Counted from the first letter of the stretch, positions 1-8,338 are shown. The stretch: 64,000 nt of DNA from a virus (IMGVR_UViG_3300020020_000026:18287-82286), one strand, 5' to 3'. Translations and numbers: made by a program. The notes: a model not told the origin generated them from the sequence alone.

Positions 1-2
1 AG

Positions 3-317
3 CGCGCGGCAGAAACGGCAGCGGCAGCTCCGGTGCCGGTGGTCGAGGGCCGGATGAAGGTCGAGGGCGAAGTCCTCACGGTCAAGGAGGTCCAGGGCTT
101 CTACGGCAAGCAGACCAAGATGCTGGTGAGACACGCCAGCGGCTGGAAGGTCTGGTCAACGGTCCCCGCCAACATCGTGGACGCTGGCATCGCCAGGGGC
201 GACAGGGTCGAGTTCGTCGCAGCGATCAAAGTCTCAGACGACGATCCCAAGTTTGGGTTCGCCTCTCGGCCCGCTCAAGGCAAGGTGTTCAAAAAGGAAG
301 AGGAGCAAGCAGCATGA
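3..317 (+). CDS. Hypothetical protein, OB-fold-like C-terminus (5' partial)
   Basis: Frame open from window start; beta-rich C-terminus (GDRVEFVAAIKVSDDDPKFGFASRP). Confidence 0.6.
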   Translation, partial: RAAETAAAAPVPVVEGRMKVEGEVLTVKEVQGFYGKQTKMLVRHASGWKVWSTVPANIVDAGIARGDRVEFVAAIKVSDDDPKFGFASRPAQGKVFKKEEEQAA

Positions 318-499
318 TGATCTCAAGCGCAGCGGAGCGAGACGCAATCGGATATGCGCTCCGTCGAGCGCGGCGTGAGCGCTGTCCCGTTCTGGTCTAC
401 GTCCGCAACGGCGTCGTGTACGCGCGGGCGGAGTACGAGCCAGCGCCGGAAGGCGCGGTGGTGATCTTCAACACGGCAGAGGAGAATGCAAATGGCTAA
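314..499 (+). CDS. Hypothetical small protein
   Basis: ATGA overlap with upstream gene, AGGAG RBS. Confidence 0.6.
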   Translation: MMISSAAERDAIGYALRRARRERCPVLVYVRNGVVYARAEYEPAPEGAVVIFNTAEENANG

Positions 500-713
500 G
501 CAGAAATATCGCGAGCTGGAGGCCGACGAGCTGGAGGCGCTCAAGGTATTCGCGGCCGAGAACGGCAAGAAGTGGAAGGACGTGCTGGCGTTCAAGTATT
601 GGTACAACGCCCGCGTCTACCGCGCCAATGACGGCAAGGAGCGCCCGGCCCTGCACCGCCTGCGCAACGACCTGGGTCCGTCCTGGCTCGCTCAGTTCAA
701 GCTGGTGGCGTGA
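486..713 (+). CDS. Hypothetical small protein
   Basis: GAGGAG RBS, tightly packed operon. Confidence 0.7.
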   Translation: MQMAKQKYRELEADELEALKVFAAENGKKWKDVLAFKYWYNARVYRANDGKERPALHRLRNDLGPSWLAQFKLVA

Positions 714-970
714 TGGACGAGCCAACAACCTGGTCCGAAGAGAAGCTCGCCAAGTCCGACGAGCTGAAGCAGAAGCTGATCGAGCTGGCCGGTAAAGACC
801 CGATCTTCATGCAGCAACTGATCGAGGCCATGATGGTCTGGTTCGCCTTCAGCGCAGCGCGCCAGAGCGAGCTGGATGCCTGCTTCATCCTCGACAGCAT
901 GGCGAAGCACGCGAAGCAATTCATGCTCGGCCCCAACCTGGTTGCTGAAGGAAAGCGACAGAACAAATGA
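710..970 (+). CDS. Hypothetical protein
   Basis: Overlapping start/stop with both neighbours. Confidence 0.65.
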   Translation: MMDEPTTWSEEKLAKSDELKQKLIELAGKDPIFMQQLIEAMMVWFAFSAARQSELDACFILDSMAKHAKQFMLGPNLVAEGKRQNK

Positions 971-2046
971 AAGCCGCGCCTACACTCTGCGATGACCTCT
1001 ACCGGGCGAGCTACAGCAAGGATCGCGTGCCCGGCTGGACCGACAACGCGAAGTGGCGCGATGCTCTGCGCCGGGCAAAAAAGTTCGTCCTGGACGACGA
1101 GATGAGTACCTTCCTGGGTGAGCTGGGCACCGCCGCCTTCACGCGGGACAAGCTGTCCCTGGTGGCGCGGACCAAGACCATCGAGCATCTGCGCATGGGC
1201 GCGCGACTGCCCGGCGAGATCGTCTGGGTCGAGTACAATCTCCAGAAGTCGATGACGCGCAGCAACGAGCTGCTCGGCCGCCCGTTCGATCCGTCGCAGA
1301 CGCCAGAGAAAGAGGGCTGGCTCCTGATGCGGCATCCGCACCTGGAGACGGCGTTCATCTCGCACATCGTCACGCGAGACGTGGGCACGGACCACGGCGA
1401 CGGATTCGATACCTGGACGTTCCCGGTCGCGCTCGCCTGGACTGCCGACATGGACACGGTGATCCCGTGGCGGCCGATTCCGCTCACCGGAGCATCCGCC
1501 GCGCCGTCCGAAGTCTGCACCGGCCTGATCGGCTACAAAACGGACCGCGCCGCAATCGTCTTCAGCGACATGATCCGCACGCCGGATGCCCCGGCGGCCC
1601 TGGCCAATCTGCTCCGCGAATGGGTCGGGGTGCAAAGGAGAATGTGGGCGTTCTTCGCCTGCATCAACGACCTCCCCGTCCTGGTGACGGAGGTTAAGGC
1701 GTCGCGCGGCTTCATGGGCGCGCGGAACTACCGCAAGTTTTTAGACCATAAGACCGTCACCCTGACCGTGCCGCAGAAGCTGTACCGCAAGACCATCCGC
1801 GACGCCCTGGCGATAGCGCACCGACGCGGCGGCCCGGTTCGGGGGCACTGGCGGCAAGACTGGCGCAATCCGCTGTCCCCGCTGTGCGATCACGACTTTG
1901 GAGCCGACGAGGCGCATATGTTCTGCAACCACTGCAAGGGCAAGAAAATCTGGATTCGGGACTTCATCCGGGGCGACACGTCGCGCGGGTTTGTCACGAC
2001 GGACTTTCGGGTAACCCACCCTGTGGACAACGATACGACCACTTGA
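967..2046 (+). CDS. Hypothetical phage protein (C-terminal VRGHWR...WI motif, CxH..CxxC)
   Basis: 359-aa ORF; stop codon lies inside the repeated promoter motif. Confidence 0.8.
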   Translation: MKAAPTLCDDLYRASYSKDRVPGWTDNAKWRDALRRAKKFVLDDEMSTFLGELGTAAFTRDKLSLVARTKTIEHLRMGARLPGEIVWVEYNLQKSMTRSNELLGRPFDPSQTPEKEGWLLMRHPHLETAFISHIVTRDVGTDHGDGFDTWTFPVALAWTADMDTVIPWRPIPLTGASAAPSEVCTGLIGYKTDRAAIVFSDMIRTPDAPAALANLLREWVGVQRRMWAFFACINDLPVLVTEVKASRGFMGARNYRKFLDHKTVTLTVPQKLYRKTIRDALAIAHRRGGPVRGHWRQDWRNPLSPLCDHDFGADEAHMFCNHCKGKKIWIRDFIRGDTSRGFVTTDFRVTHPVDNDTTT

Positions 2047-2070
2047 CATATAGGGTCAGGCGTCCTAAAT
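2034..2070 (+). promoter_or_regulatory. Repeated promoter/tandem operator, copy 1
   Basis: TACGAC-CACTT-GACATA plus TAGG-N9-CCTA; CTTGAC-N17-CTAAAT. Confidence 0.8.
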
Positions 2071-2098
2071 ACTGGACATACAGCAAGGAGGAGAAAAG

Positions 2099-2503
2099 AT
2101 GGTGATGAAGTTAGGAAGCGGCACCGGGAGCCTGGTGAACCATGTACTGAGCCGGATGACCAAGGACCAGCCTGAGCCGCAACTGGGCGACGGCGCGACC
2201 TTGCTCCACTGGTCGGACCGCGAACCGGCGACCGTGATCCACGTCCAGGCGACCAAGCTGGGACTGGTGGTGGCGGTACGGGAAGATCACGCCCGGCGCA
2301 CCGACGACCGGGGCTTCTGCGAATCGCAGGACTACGAGTACACCCCCAACCCGAATGGCCGCATCCACTACTTCCGCCTGGAGCCCGGCAAGGGCTGGCG
2401 CGAGATCACCCCAGGCAAGCGCCTCAACACCTACAAGCTGACCGGCAGCGGTCAGGGCCTCCGGATCGGCGAGCGCGAGAAGTACCATGATTTCTCGTTC
2501 TGA
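2099..2503 (+). CDS. Hypothetical phage protein (GDGAT...SDR motif)
   Basis: AAGGAGGAG RBS directly behind the promoter. Confidence 0.8.
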   Translation: MVMKLGSGTGSLVNHVLSRMTKDQPEPQLGDGATLLHWSDREPATVIHVQATKLGLVVAVREDHARRTDDRGFCESQDYEYTPNPNGRIHYFRLEPGKGWREITPGKRLNTYKLTGSGQGLRIGEREKYHDFSF

Positions 2504-2693
2504 CCGCAGGACTGAGGTCCAGAAGCTCCGAGAGCGCGCCAAGTTCGGCGGGTGCCGGTGGTTTCTCAAGTGCGACAACCCGGCGACAACGACCCGGCCG
2601 CACCCGGTACTAGGCGACGTGCCGATCTGCCAGCGGTGTGCCGACAAGATGACTGCAATCGAAAACGCAACCAAGGAAAGGAATGAGAAATGA
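2487..2693 (+). CDS. Small Cys/Zn-finger-like protein
   Basis: CxxxxxC...CxxC; overlaps neighbours. Confidence 0.55.
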   Translation: MISRSDRRTEVQKLRERAKFGGCRWFLKCDNPATTTRPHPVLGDVPICQRCADKMTAIENATKERNEK

Positions 2694-2989
2694 CTGACAT
2701 CACCTCGCTAGACTTACAGGCCGCATTTCTTGATCAAGAAGTCGCTGGCATGGCCAGGGGCAGAGCCTACTGCTTCGTCGCGGTGGTCGGCTATCCCAAG
2801 GGATGGAAACTGGGCGTCGCCTTCGCCAACGAGCAGGGCTACATCGCCACGACCAAGGATTTCAAGACCGAAGCGGAAGCGCGCGACTACGCCGAGCGGA
2901 TGAACCAGCACATCGGACGTTCCGATGACGAATGCATGCGGATCGTGATCTCGACCATGGGCGGCCAGCGCTACCGCCGGGTGGCGTAA
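2690..2989 (+). CDS. Hypothetical protein
   Basis: ATGA overlap, purine-rich RBS. Confidence 0.7.
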   Translation: MTDITSLDLQAAFLDQEVAGMARGRAYCFVAVVGYPKGWKLGVAFANEQGYIATTKDFKTEAEARDYAERMNQHIGRSDDECMRIVISTMGGQRYRRVA

Positions 2990-3165
2990 TGGCAACCTGG
3001 ACATTCGAGCTGGTCTGCCCGCGCTGCGGCAAGGAGAGCCAAAGCGTAAGCGAGAACAACGATCCGCCGCCGACAGTCAATTGCGGCGACTGCCTGATGG
3101 AGGCGGTCGAGATCGTGGAATTCGAGATCGTCCGCGCAACCGTAGACGCACAAGGAAAACTCTGA
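2989..3165 (+). CDS. Small Zn-ribbon protein (CPRC...CGDC)
   Basis: TAATG-coupled start MATWTFELVCPRCG. Confidence 0.6.
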   Translation: MATWTFELVCPRCGKESQSVSENNDPPPTVNCGDCLMEAVEIVEFEIVRATVDAQGKL

Positions 3166-3524
3166 TGACACCGCGCCAATACCATGAAGCGCTGAAGGAG
3201 CTGGGCCTAACCGTCGCCAGCCAGCGAACCGCGAAGCTTCTAGGCGTCAACATCCGGCAGAGCCAACGCTATGCCAGCGGTGATGCGGAAGTCCCGGAGG
3301 CTGTCGAGCGGCTCCTGCAGATGTATGCCCTGCACGGCACCAACGAGACCAGGAAGGTGGTGAAGTGCGGCGAAGAGGAAATCGAGCTAATCCATATCGA
3401 GGACAACCTGTGGGACGCCAATTTCCCCTGGGGGACAGAGCGCGTCGTCAGCGATAGCAGCGAGCTAACCTCAACTGTTCGCGCCCGATTCAAGAAAAAG
3501 ACGGCGGCGCTCGATGCCGAATAA
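3165..3524 (+). CDS. XRE/Cro-like HTH DNA-binding protein
   Basis: YHEALKELGLT...TAKLLGVNIRQSQRYASGDAEVP; paralogous to 55250-55519. Confidence 0.7.
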   Translation: MTPRQYHEALKELGLTVASQRTAKLLGVNIRQSQRYASGDAEVPEAVERLLQMYALHGTNETRKVVKCGEEEIELIHIEDNLWDANFPWGTERVVSDSSELTSTVRARFKKKTAALDAE

Positions 3525-4002
3525 ACCGGACCTCCAGGCGCTGATCAGGAGCGCGTCGAAGAATGTGGAGATCATCTTCCGCAAGACCGGCGAGCTGCTC
3601 CCGATGTATCACGCGGTCACCAGCTACGGGCAGACGATGATCGTCCCGCAGCCCGATCCCAACAAGGACGTGTCGGTGGCGCTGATCAAGATGCTCTTCG
3701 CGGAGGAAGACGTTGCCTACTATTGCTTCATCGCCGAAGCCTGGATGCTTGCCGCCGTCAAAAATGTGCCTGCGGTGGACATCGAAAAGGTCGCGCGCCA
3801 GGGCCTGGAGTATCACCCTGACCGGCGCGAGATCATCGCCTTCTCGGCCGAGAGCCGCGACGGCCAAGCGCAGACTGCCAGGCGCTTCATCCTGCGCCCG
3901 GAGATGGGCAAGCCAACGCTGTCGCCGCTGATCATGGACAACATGGAAGGGCGCACATCGGAAGGCCGGATGGTCGGACTGCTCACAAAGGAGAAACCGT
4001 GA
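3514..4002 (+). CDS. Hypothetical phage protein
   Basis: 162-aa ORF in operon (FIAEAWM, HPDRRE motifs). Confidence 0.75.
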   Translation: MPNKPDLQALIRSASKNVEIIFRKTGELLPMYHAVTSYGQTMIVPQPDPNKDVSVALIKMLFAEEDVAYYCFIAEAWMLAAVKNVPAVDIEKVARQGLEYHPDRREIIAFSAESRDGQAQTARRFILRPEMGKPTLSPLIMDNMEGRTSEGRMVGLLTKEKP

Positions 4003-4304
4003 TGAAGTGGATTGTTGCAACTGCATTGGTTCTCACTGCCTCCGCCGCATCGGCACAGGAGAATCGCGCCCGCTACTACTACGACGGCGAGCGGCACATT
4101 GGCCCGGCGCTATCCGGCACCATGTACGACGCGGCCGGTCGCAATGTCGGAAAGACCCGCACCCACAGCGACGGCTCGACAACGATCTACGGCAACGATG
4201 GCCGCGTCATGGGGCGCAGCTCGACCGACAGCCAGGGCACGACGATCTTCTACGACGCGGCCGGGCGCAAGACAGGCACCGCTGTCCCGAATGGTGCCCG
4301 GTGA
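3999..4304 (+). CDS. Secreted protein with short beta repeats (YDAAGR)
   Basis: Signal peptide MKWIVATALVLTASAASA; repeated TxYDAxGR. Confidence 0.7.
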   Translation: MMKWIVATALVLTASAASAQENRARYYYDGERHIGPALSGTMYDAAGRNVGKTRTHSDGSTTIYGNDGRVMGRSSTDSQGTTIFYDAAGRKTGTAVPNGAR

Positions 4305-4597
4305 TGCCGCTGGATGAGGAATACATCGAGCGCCTGCAACGCGATCTGATCGCGCGCGGCAAGCTGATCGAGGCCGGGTGGGCTCGCATGCGCGCAATTG
4401 GCATCCCGCTCAGTGCGCCGCAGGCCCAGGTGGAATCAATGCGGACCGCGTTCTTCATGGGCGCGCACTATCTCTATCAAGTGCTTGAAGACCCAACAGA
4501 AGACGACGAGGGCCAGGTTCGGCTCATCGTCCAGGAGCTGGAGGCGTTCATAACGGAATTCTCGCTCCGTTATGTTCCATCAGACGGCACCGCATGA
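4304..4597 (+). CDS. Hypothetical protein
   Basis: TGATG-coupled start MPLDEEYIER. Confidence 0.65.
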   Translation: MPLDEEYIERLQRDLIARGKLIEAGWARMRAIGIPLSAPQAQVESMRTAFFMGAHYLYQVLEDPTEDDEGQVRLIVQELEAFITEFSLRYVPSDGTA

Positions 4598-4716
4598 ACT
4601 ATCGGAAGCGCCAACAGCTTGATGATGCAACCGGATTGGTCATCTTCGACTTTATCTTCACTATCATCTTCGTCCTGCTTATCATCGCCGCTGTTATTTT
4701 CTACGCGACCCTGTAA
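4594..4716 (+). CDS. Small single-TM membrane protein (40 aa)
   Basis: Read manually: MNYRKRQQLDDATGLVIFDFIFTIIFVLLIIAAVIFYATL; ATGA overlap. Confidence 0.6.
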   Translation: MNYRKRQQLDDATGLVIFDFIFTIIFVLLIIAAVIFYATL

Positions 4717-4719
4717 GGT

Positions 4720-4786
4720 CATCGACGGTAGGACAACCTGTCCTACTATCGATGAACTTTCGTTCATCAGCCAGATGCATCTGGCT
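4720..4786 (+). promoter_or_regulatory. Palindromic operator-like site and tandem hairpins upstream of the VPLPA-CTERM gene
   Basis: GTAGGACA-ACC-TGTCCTAC; GATGAAC-TTTC-GTTCATC; perfect 18-bp palindrome AGCCAGATGCATCTGGCT. Confidence 0.55.
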
Positions 4787-4803
4787 CAACAGGAGTACTT
4801 CCA

Positions 4804-5595
4804 ATGTCGCTTAAGCATTTGTTAGGAGGGCTGGCCGTACTGGCCGCCACGACACTTCCCGCCAAGGCCGTCCTTCTTGGGAACGATGCCCAAGATTGGA
4901 ACTTGGCAGGAGCGGCAACCCTGCAACTCACCAACGCAGTGCCGACAGGGCAGCAGACGAGCAACATCCCCTGCATCATCTGCGGTGCCCATCAGCCCCA
5001 ACAGCCGAATTTGCTGGGATATAACTGGTTCGGCAACACCGGCAACGCTAACACGGTCAGCTTTTTCTCGACCGCTGCAGTACCAACTGGTCCGGGTGGA
5101 CTTGCTCAGGATACACTCGGGACCGGCTACTCACTTCTGCCCGGCAGTCCGTTGTTGACGGCGTTGCAGGGCAACCTGTCGTTCACCATCGGCGTCGATG
5201 TGAACGATACCAACACGCCGCAGACGTTGGAGTCATTCTGGATTTTGAACCTGACTGACCACACCGTTTTGGCCGTGTTCTCGCCAAATCCTCTCGACGG
5301 TCAGCTACTGATCGCCGCGAACAACGGAACGGGTTTCCCCGATATGACTCTTAGCTTGTTGGGTGGCTCGCTGATCAATCTGTCGAACGTCGATCCGAAT
5401 GATACGATCCTGTTCTTCGCAAGGATCACGGGCGCGAACGACGGGCCGGACTCCTTTTTTATAGTCCCGCAAGTGCAGGCCGTTCCGCTTGGACCGGCCG
5501 CCTGGTACTTCGGTGCCGGGTTGTTCGGACTTCTCGCACTCCAAAGGCGGCGTAAGCGCAAGCTGCTTGAACAGCAAGGCGCAGTCGCAGCGTAG
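4804..5595 (+). CDS. Exported protein with VPLPA/PEP-CTERM-like sorting signal
   Basis: N-terminal signal peptide; C-terminal AVPLGPAAWYFGAGLFGLLALQRRRKRK. Confidence 0.8.
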   Translation: MSLKHLLGGLAVLAATTLPAKAVLLGNDAQDWNLAGAATLQLTNAVPTGQQTSNIPCIICGAHQPQQPNLLGYNWFGNTGNANTVSFFSTAAVPTGPGGLAQDTLGTGYSLLPGSPLLTALQGNLSFTIGVDVNDTNTPQTLESFWILNLTDHTVLAVFSPNPLDGQLLIAANNGTGFPDMTLSLLGGSLINLSNVDPNDTILFFARITGANDGPDSFFIVPQVQAVPLGPAAWYFGAGLFGLLALQRRRKRKLLEQQGAVAA

Positions 5596-5604
5596 TAAGG
5601 AAGC

Positions 5605-5646
5605 TGGGCGGCGGACCATCCCCCTGGCACCCGCCGCCCGGTTTTA
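5605..5646 (+). terminator. Intrinsic terminator
   Basis: GGGCGGCGG...CCGCCGCCC stem followed by GGTTTT. Confidence 0.55.
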
Positions 5647-5657
5647 TCAGGTGATAG

Positions 5658-5822
5658 ATGGACTTGGACAAAGTTGAGCGAGAACTACAGGCAATCGTGC
5701 GCAAAGATCAGTGGGACAAATGGTACGACAGCCTCCCTGCTGACTTGCGCGCGAAATTGTCACTCCACGACTTCAAGCGTCTCGGGGACTGTTTCAAGAC
5801 TGCGTTTCGCGTTGATGGCTAA
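5658..5822 (+). CDS. Hypothetical small protein (54 aa)
   Basis: Read manually: MDLDKVERELQAIVRKDQWDKWYDSLP... Confidence 0.5.
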   Translation: MDLDKVERELQAIVRKDQWDKWYDSLPADLRAKLSLHDFKRLGDCFKTAFRVDG

Positions 5823-5836
5823 ACAAGGAGACTGAC

Positions 5837-6127
5837 GTGACATCTATCGCCGCAATCGTGCTGGCTACGTTGCTCATCATCCCCGCATCGGCACAACAGT
5901 TGGGGGATCAGTGGAAGCACTCAAACAACAAGACCATTTACTTCAAAGATAAAATCACTGGCGATCATATCGGCTCCGGGTTCGTCGCCGGAAATCGCAT
6001 CTACATGCGCGACCGTCACAACAAGCACTATGCGACGGTCATCAAGGAATCAGACGGCACAACGAAGTGGTTCGATCCCAGCGGCCAACCGCTCGACCCG
6101 AAGACGACGATGTTTCCGGTCCAATGA
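5837..6127 (+). CDS. Secreted hypothetical protein
   Basis: AAGGAG RBS; signal peptide ending PASA. Confidence 0.7.
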   Translation: MTSIAAIVLATLLIIPASAQQLGDQWKHSNNKTIYFKDKITGDHIGSGFVAGNRIYMRDRHNKHYATVIKESDGTTKWFDPSGQPLDPKTTMFPVQ

Positions 6128-6333
6128 GCGACATGACTCTGCGCGCGTTTCACAACGGGTTGCGCCTCCTGACCAGCCTCGACCGGCACGAACTGATCGA
6201 TGGCGGCGTGATCCAGGAGGACGACGAGAAAGAGTGGGCGATCTTCCGTGAGAACCCGCACAAGTGGATGATCCTGGCGGACGACGATGAAGTCGCCGCA
6301 TTGTGGGGCGTGATGAAGAAGAGAGGCGCGTGA
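6124..6333 (+). CDS. Hypothetical protein
   Basis: ATGA overlap; MSDMTLRAFHNGLR. Confidence 0.6.
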   Translation: MSDMTLRAFHNGLRLLTSLDRHELIDGGVIQEDDEKEWAIFRENPHKWMILADDDEVAALWGVMKKRGA

Positions 6334-6446
6334 TGCGTCTCGTCCTGGTGATCGCGCTGCTCCTGTCCGGTTGCTCCAGGCACTACGAGCGGACCGATCC
6401 AATCCCGCAGTTATGCAAGGATTTGGGCAAGGGCGACTGCCGATAG
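6333..6446 (+). CDS. Small lipoprotein (37 aa)
   Basis: Read manually: MRLVLVIALLLSGC lipobox, two further Cys. Confidence 0.6.
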   Translation: MRLVLVIALLLSGCSRHYERTDPIPQLCKDLGKGDCR

Positions 6447-6480
6447 CGGCGCGGCTCGCCCTATGTTTTCCGTGTCAAGC

Positions 6481-6580
6481 ATTTTTTAAAATTCAAAATA
6501 ATCATTATGCGTCAATGGGCCATGTACGTCGTTTGGACGTATAGTCCAACTTCAGCAAAAGCCATTTGCTATAATGCCTT
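6481..6580 (+). promoter_or_regulatory. AT-rich promoter region with operator copy 2
   Basis: TACGTC-GTTTG-GACGTA at 6525-6541; TATAAT at about 6570; AT-rich tract upstream. Confidence 0.65.
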
Positions 6581-6644
6581 TGTCAGTTGGGATGAGCCCA
6601 CCTGGCAGGCTGTTTGAAATTGTAAACCAGAAAGGAAGTAACCA

Positions 6645-6791
6645 ATGGCTCACAAGCCAGTGGACGGCCCGGTCTATCTCGACTTCAAGGGATGGTTCTG
6701 GGTCGAGTGGATCGGCCAACGGTCGATCTATCACGGACCTTACCGCACGGAGGCTGACGCGAGAGCCAAGCACCAGGCGGTGAAGTCATGA
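6645..6791 (+). CDS. Hypothetical small protein (48 aa)
   Basis: AAAGGAAG RBS; MAHKPVDGPVYLDFKGWFWVEW...GPYRTEADAR. Confidence 0.6.
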   Translation: MAHKPVDGPVYLDFKGWFWVEWIGQRSIYHGPYRTEADARAKHQAVKS

Positions 6792-7267
6792 AGCACGTTG
6801 CGGACGACGGCGGTCGAAAGGCCGCCGGGTTCAAGGGCACGACCGGCGACTGCGTGGCTCGCTCCATCGCAATCGCCGCGCAGCGATCCTACAGCGAAGT
6901 CTATGACGAGCTGGCAGCGATCAACGCGCGCATGCCCAAGAGCAAGCGCCGCCGGAAGAAAGGTGCCGTAGGCAAGAAGACTGCCGCCCACGGCATCTAC
7001 ACCAGGAGCAAGCTGTTCAAGGACTACATGATCGGCTTGGGGTTCGCCTGGACGGCGACGATGCAGATCGGCAGCGGATGCAAGGTGCATCTGAAGGCCG
7101 ACGAGCTGCCGCCTGGACGGATCATCGTCGCGCTCAGCAAGCACTACGCTGCCGTGATCGACGGTGAGCTGCACGACACCTACGACTGTTCACGCGGCGA
7201 GACCCGCTGCGTGTACGGCTACTGGAAACAAAAAAAGGCCCCGGACGCGAATCCGGAGCCGATGTAA
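6788..7267 (+). CDS. Conserved phage hypothetical protein (GDCVARSIAIA; H...DGELHDT)
   Basis: 159-aa ORF; Cys/His/Asp arrangement suggests a papain-like fold (inference). Confidence 0.75.
   Translation: MKHVADDGGRKAAGFKGTTGDCVARSIAIAAQRSYSEVYDELAAINARMPKSKRRRKKGAVGKKTAAHGIYTRSKLFKDYMIGLGFAWTATMQIGSGCKVHLKADELPPGRIIVALSKHYAAVIDGELHDTYDCSRGETRCVYGYWKQKKAPDANPEPM
7230..7260 (-). terminator. Intrinsic terminator (minus strand)
   Basis: GGCTCCGGA-TTCGCG-TCCGGGGCC followed by T7 on the minus strand. Confidence 0.65.
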
Positions 7268-7295
7268 GGGGTCGTCAAGCCTCAAGCCTAACTCA

Positions 7296-7330
7296 GCCCC
7301 GCACCCAGTTGCAAGGTGCGGGGCCTTCTC
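7296..7330 (+). terminator. Hairpin, possible terminator
   Basis: GCCCCGCACC-N9-GGTGCGGGGC then CTTCTC. Confidence 0.45.
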
Positions 7331-7374
7331 ATGACCGCCGCCTGATTGGGGTCAGCACGGCCTAGCCATGATGC

Positions 7375-7479
7375 CTATCGCGGCGGGTTGGTCGGGTTGG
7401 GGTTCGGGTTCGGATTGGGGTTCGGGCTTGGATTCGGGTTCGGGTTGCCCGGATCGCCAGGCCTTTGCGCATTGCCCAT
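7375..7479 (-). CDS. 34-aa Asn-Pro repeat peptide
   Basis: MGNAQRPGDPGNPNPNPSPNPNPNPNPNPTNPPR; repeat varies mainly at third codon positions in this frame; AGGA upstream. Confidence 0.55.
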   Translation of the reverse strand: MGNAQRPGDPGNPNPNPSPNPNPNPNPNPTNPPR

Positions 7480-7662
7480 GGGCTTCGTCCTGTTCTGGTT
7501 GTGGGGTGACCAGGACAAACTCCCCAGCCAGACACCCGTTCCCAGGCCAGCGCCGCCCCATGGTGCGCTGCAGCGGACCCCTGGCTAGGGTCATACCGGC
7601 CTACCCAGAAAAACGCGCCAGCGGCCCTCTCCCAGGCCCCAACTATTTTCAATAAATCGGCA

Positions 7663-7699
7663 TACGTCCTATTGACGTATAGGCTGTTATGCCCTATCT
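7663..7699 (+). promoter_or_regulatory. Repeated promoter/tandem operator, copy 3
   Basis: TACGTC-CTATT-GACGTA plus TAGG-N9-CCTA; ATTGAC-N17-CTATCT. Confidence 0.85.
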
Positions 7700-7728
7700 C
7701 TCTGGTGTCAGGAGAGAGGAGAAGGGAA

Positions 7729-7863
7729 ATGGCCCGCTACGAAGAAATCCGCGCTGAGCTGGGACGGCTCTACGTTCTCGCGCTCGCCGCCGCCGGGTAT
7801 GAGGCCCGGATCGCCAGACTGGAGGCGGAGGCCGCAGTCATTCTTCACCTGGAGGGAATTTGA
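7729..7863 (+). CDS. Hypothetical small protein
   Basis: GAGGAG RBS behind promoter; MARYEEIRAELG. Confidence 0.6.
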   Translation: MARYEEIRAELGRLYVLALAAAGYEARIARLEAEAAVILHLEGI

Positions 7864-7864
7864 G

Positions 7865-8056
7865 ATGCACAAGAAGATCATGGCCGCCCACAGCGCCGGT
7901 TGGTTTGACGGTGCGGGTGGCAAGCCGATGGCCGCCAGCAAAGTCCCAGGATTCGCTGCCTGCGTCGCCGCCTACACGGCGGGCTGGGCCAAGGGCTGGC
8001 TCGATATGGCCAAGTACAAGGCCTTCACCGCGACGCTCGCCCCGAAGGGAGCCTGA
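7865..8056 (+). CDS. Hypothetical small protein
   Basis: GGAGG RBS; MHKKIMAAHSAGWFDG. Confidence 0.6.
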   Translation: MHKKIMAAHSAGWFDGAGGKPMAASKVPGFAACVAAYTAGWAKGWLDMAKYKAFTATLAPKGA

Positions 8057-8057
8057 C

Positions 8058-8252
8058 GTGAGAGCCCTCGAAAAAATCCTCGCCAGCGATCTGCCGGTCG
8101 CGCGCAAGATTTCAAAGCTGCAAATCCTGGCGCTCCGCGCCTTTCCAAGCAGCCCGTTCCAGAAGGCAGTGATCGCCGCCTACCAGGAGCTGGAAAGGTC
8201 AAACGTGCCGGGTCGGTCGGAGGGAGGCTCAGTTTACCGCCCGGCACGCTGA
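8058..8252 (+). CDS. Hypothetical small protein
   Basis: GGGAG RBS, GTG start. Confidence 0.5.
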   Translation: MRALEKILASDLPVARKISKLQILALRAFPSSPFQKAVIAAYQELERSNVPGRSEGGSVYRPAR

Positions 8253-8300
8253 CGGCAGAGGAAGAGGAGACTACCCCTGCAATGAAATATTTCGTGATCG

Positions 8301-8338
8301 TAGGCCCCATTGCCCTATACGTCCCCAGGACGTATATC
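8301..8338 (+). promoter_or_regulatory. Repeated promoter/tandem operator, copy 4 (site order swapped)
   Basis: TAGG-N9-CCTA (8301-8317) directly followed by TACGTC-CCCAG-GACGTA (8318-8334). Confidence 0.8.

Noticed and set aside
6470-6515. Replication origin at the AT-rich tract
   Set aside because: No iterons or replication genes nearby; better explained as a promoter UP element
7352-7594. PE-repeat or GF-repeat ORFs listed over the hexamer repeat
   Set aside because: Wobble pattern and RBS favour the NP frame at 7479-7375
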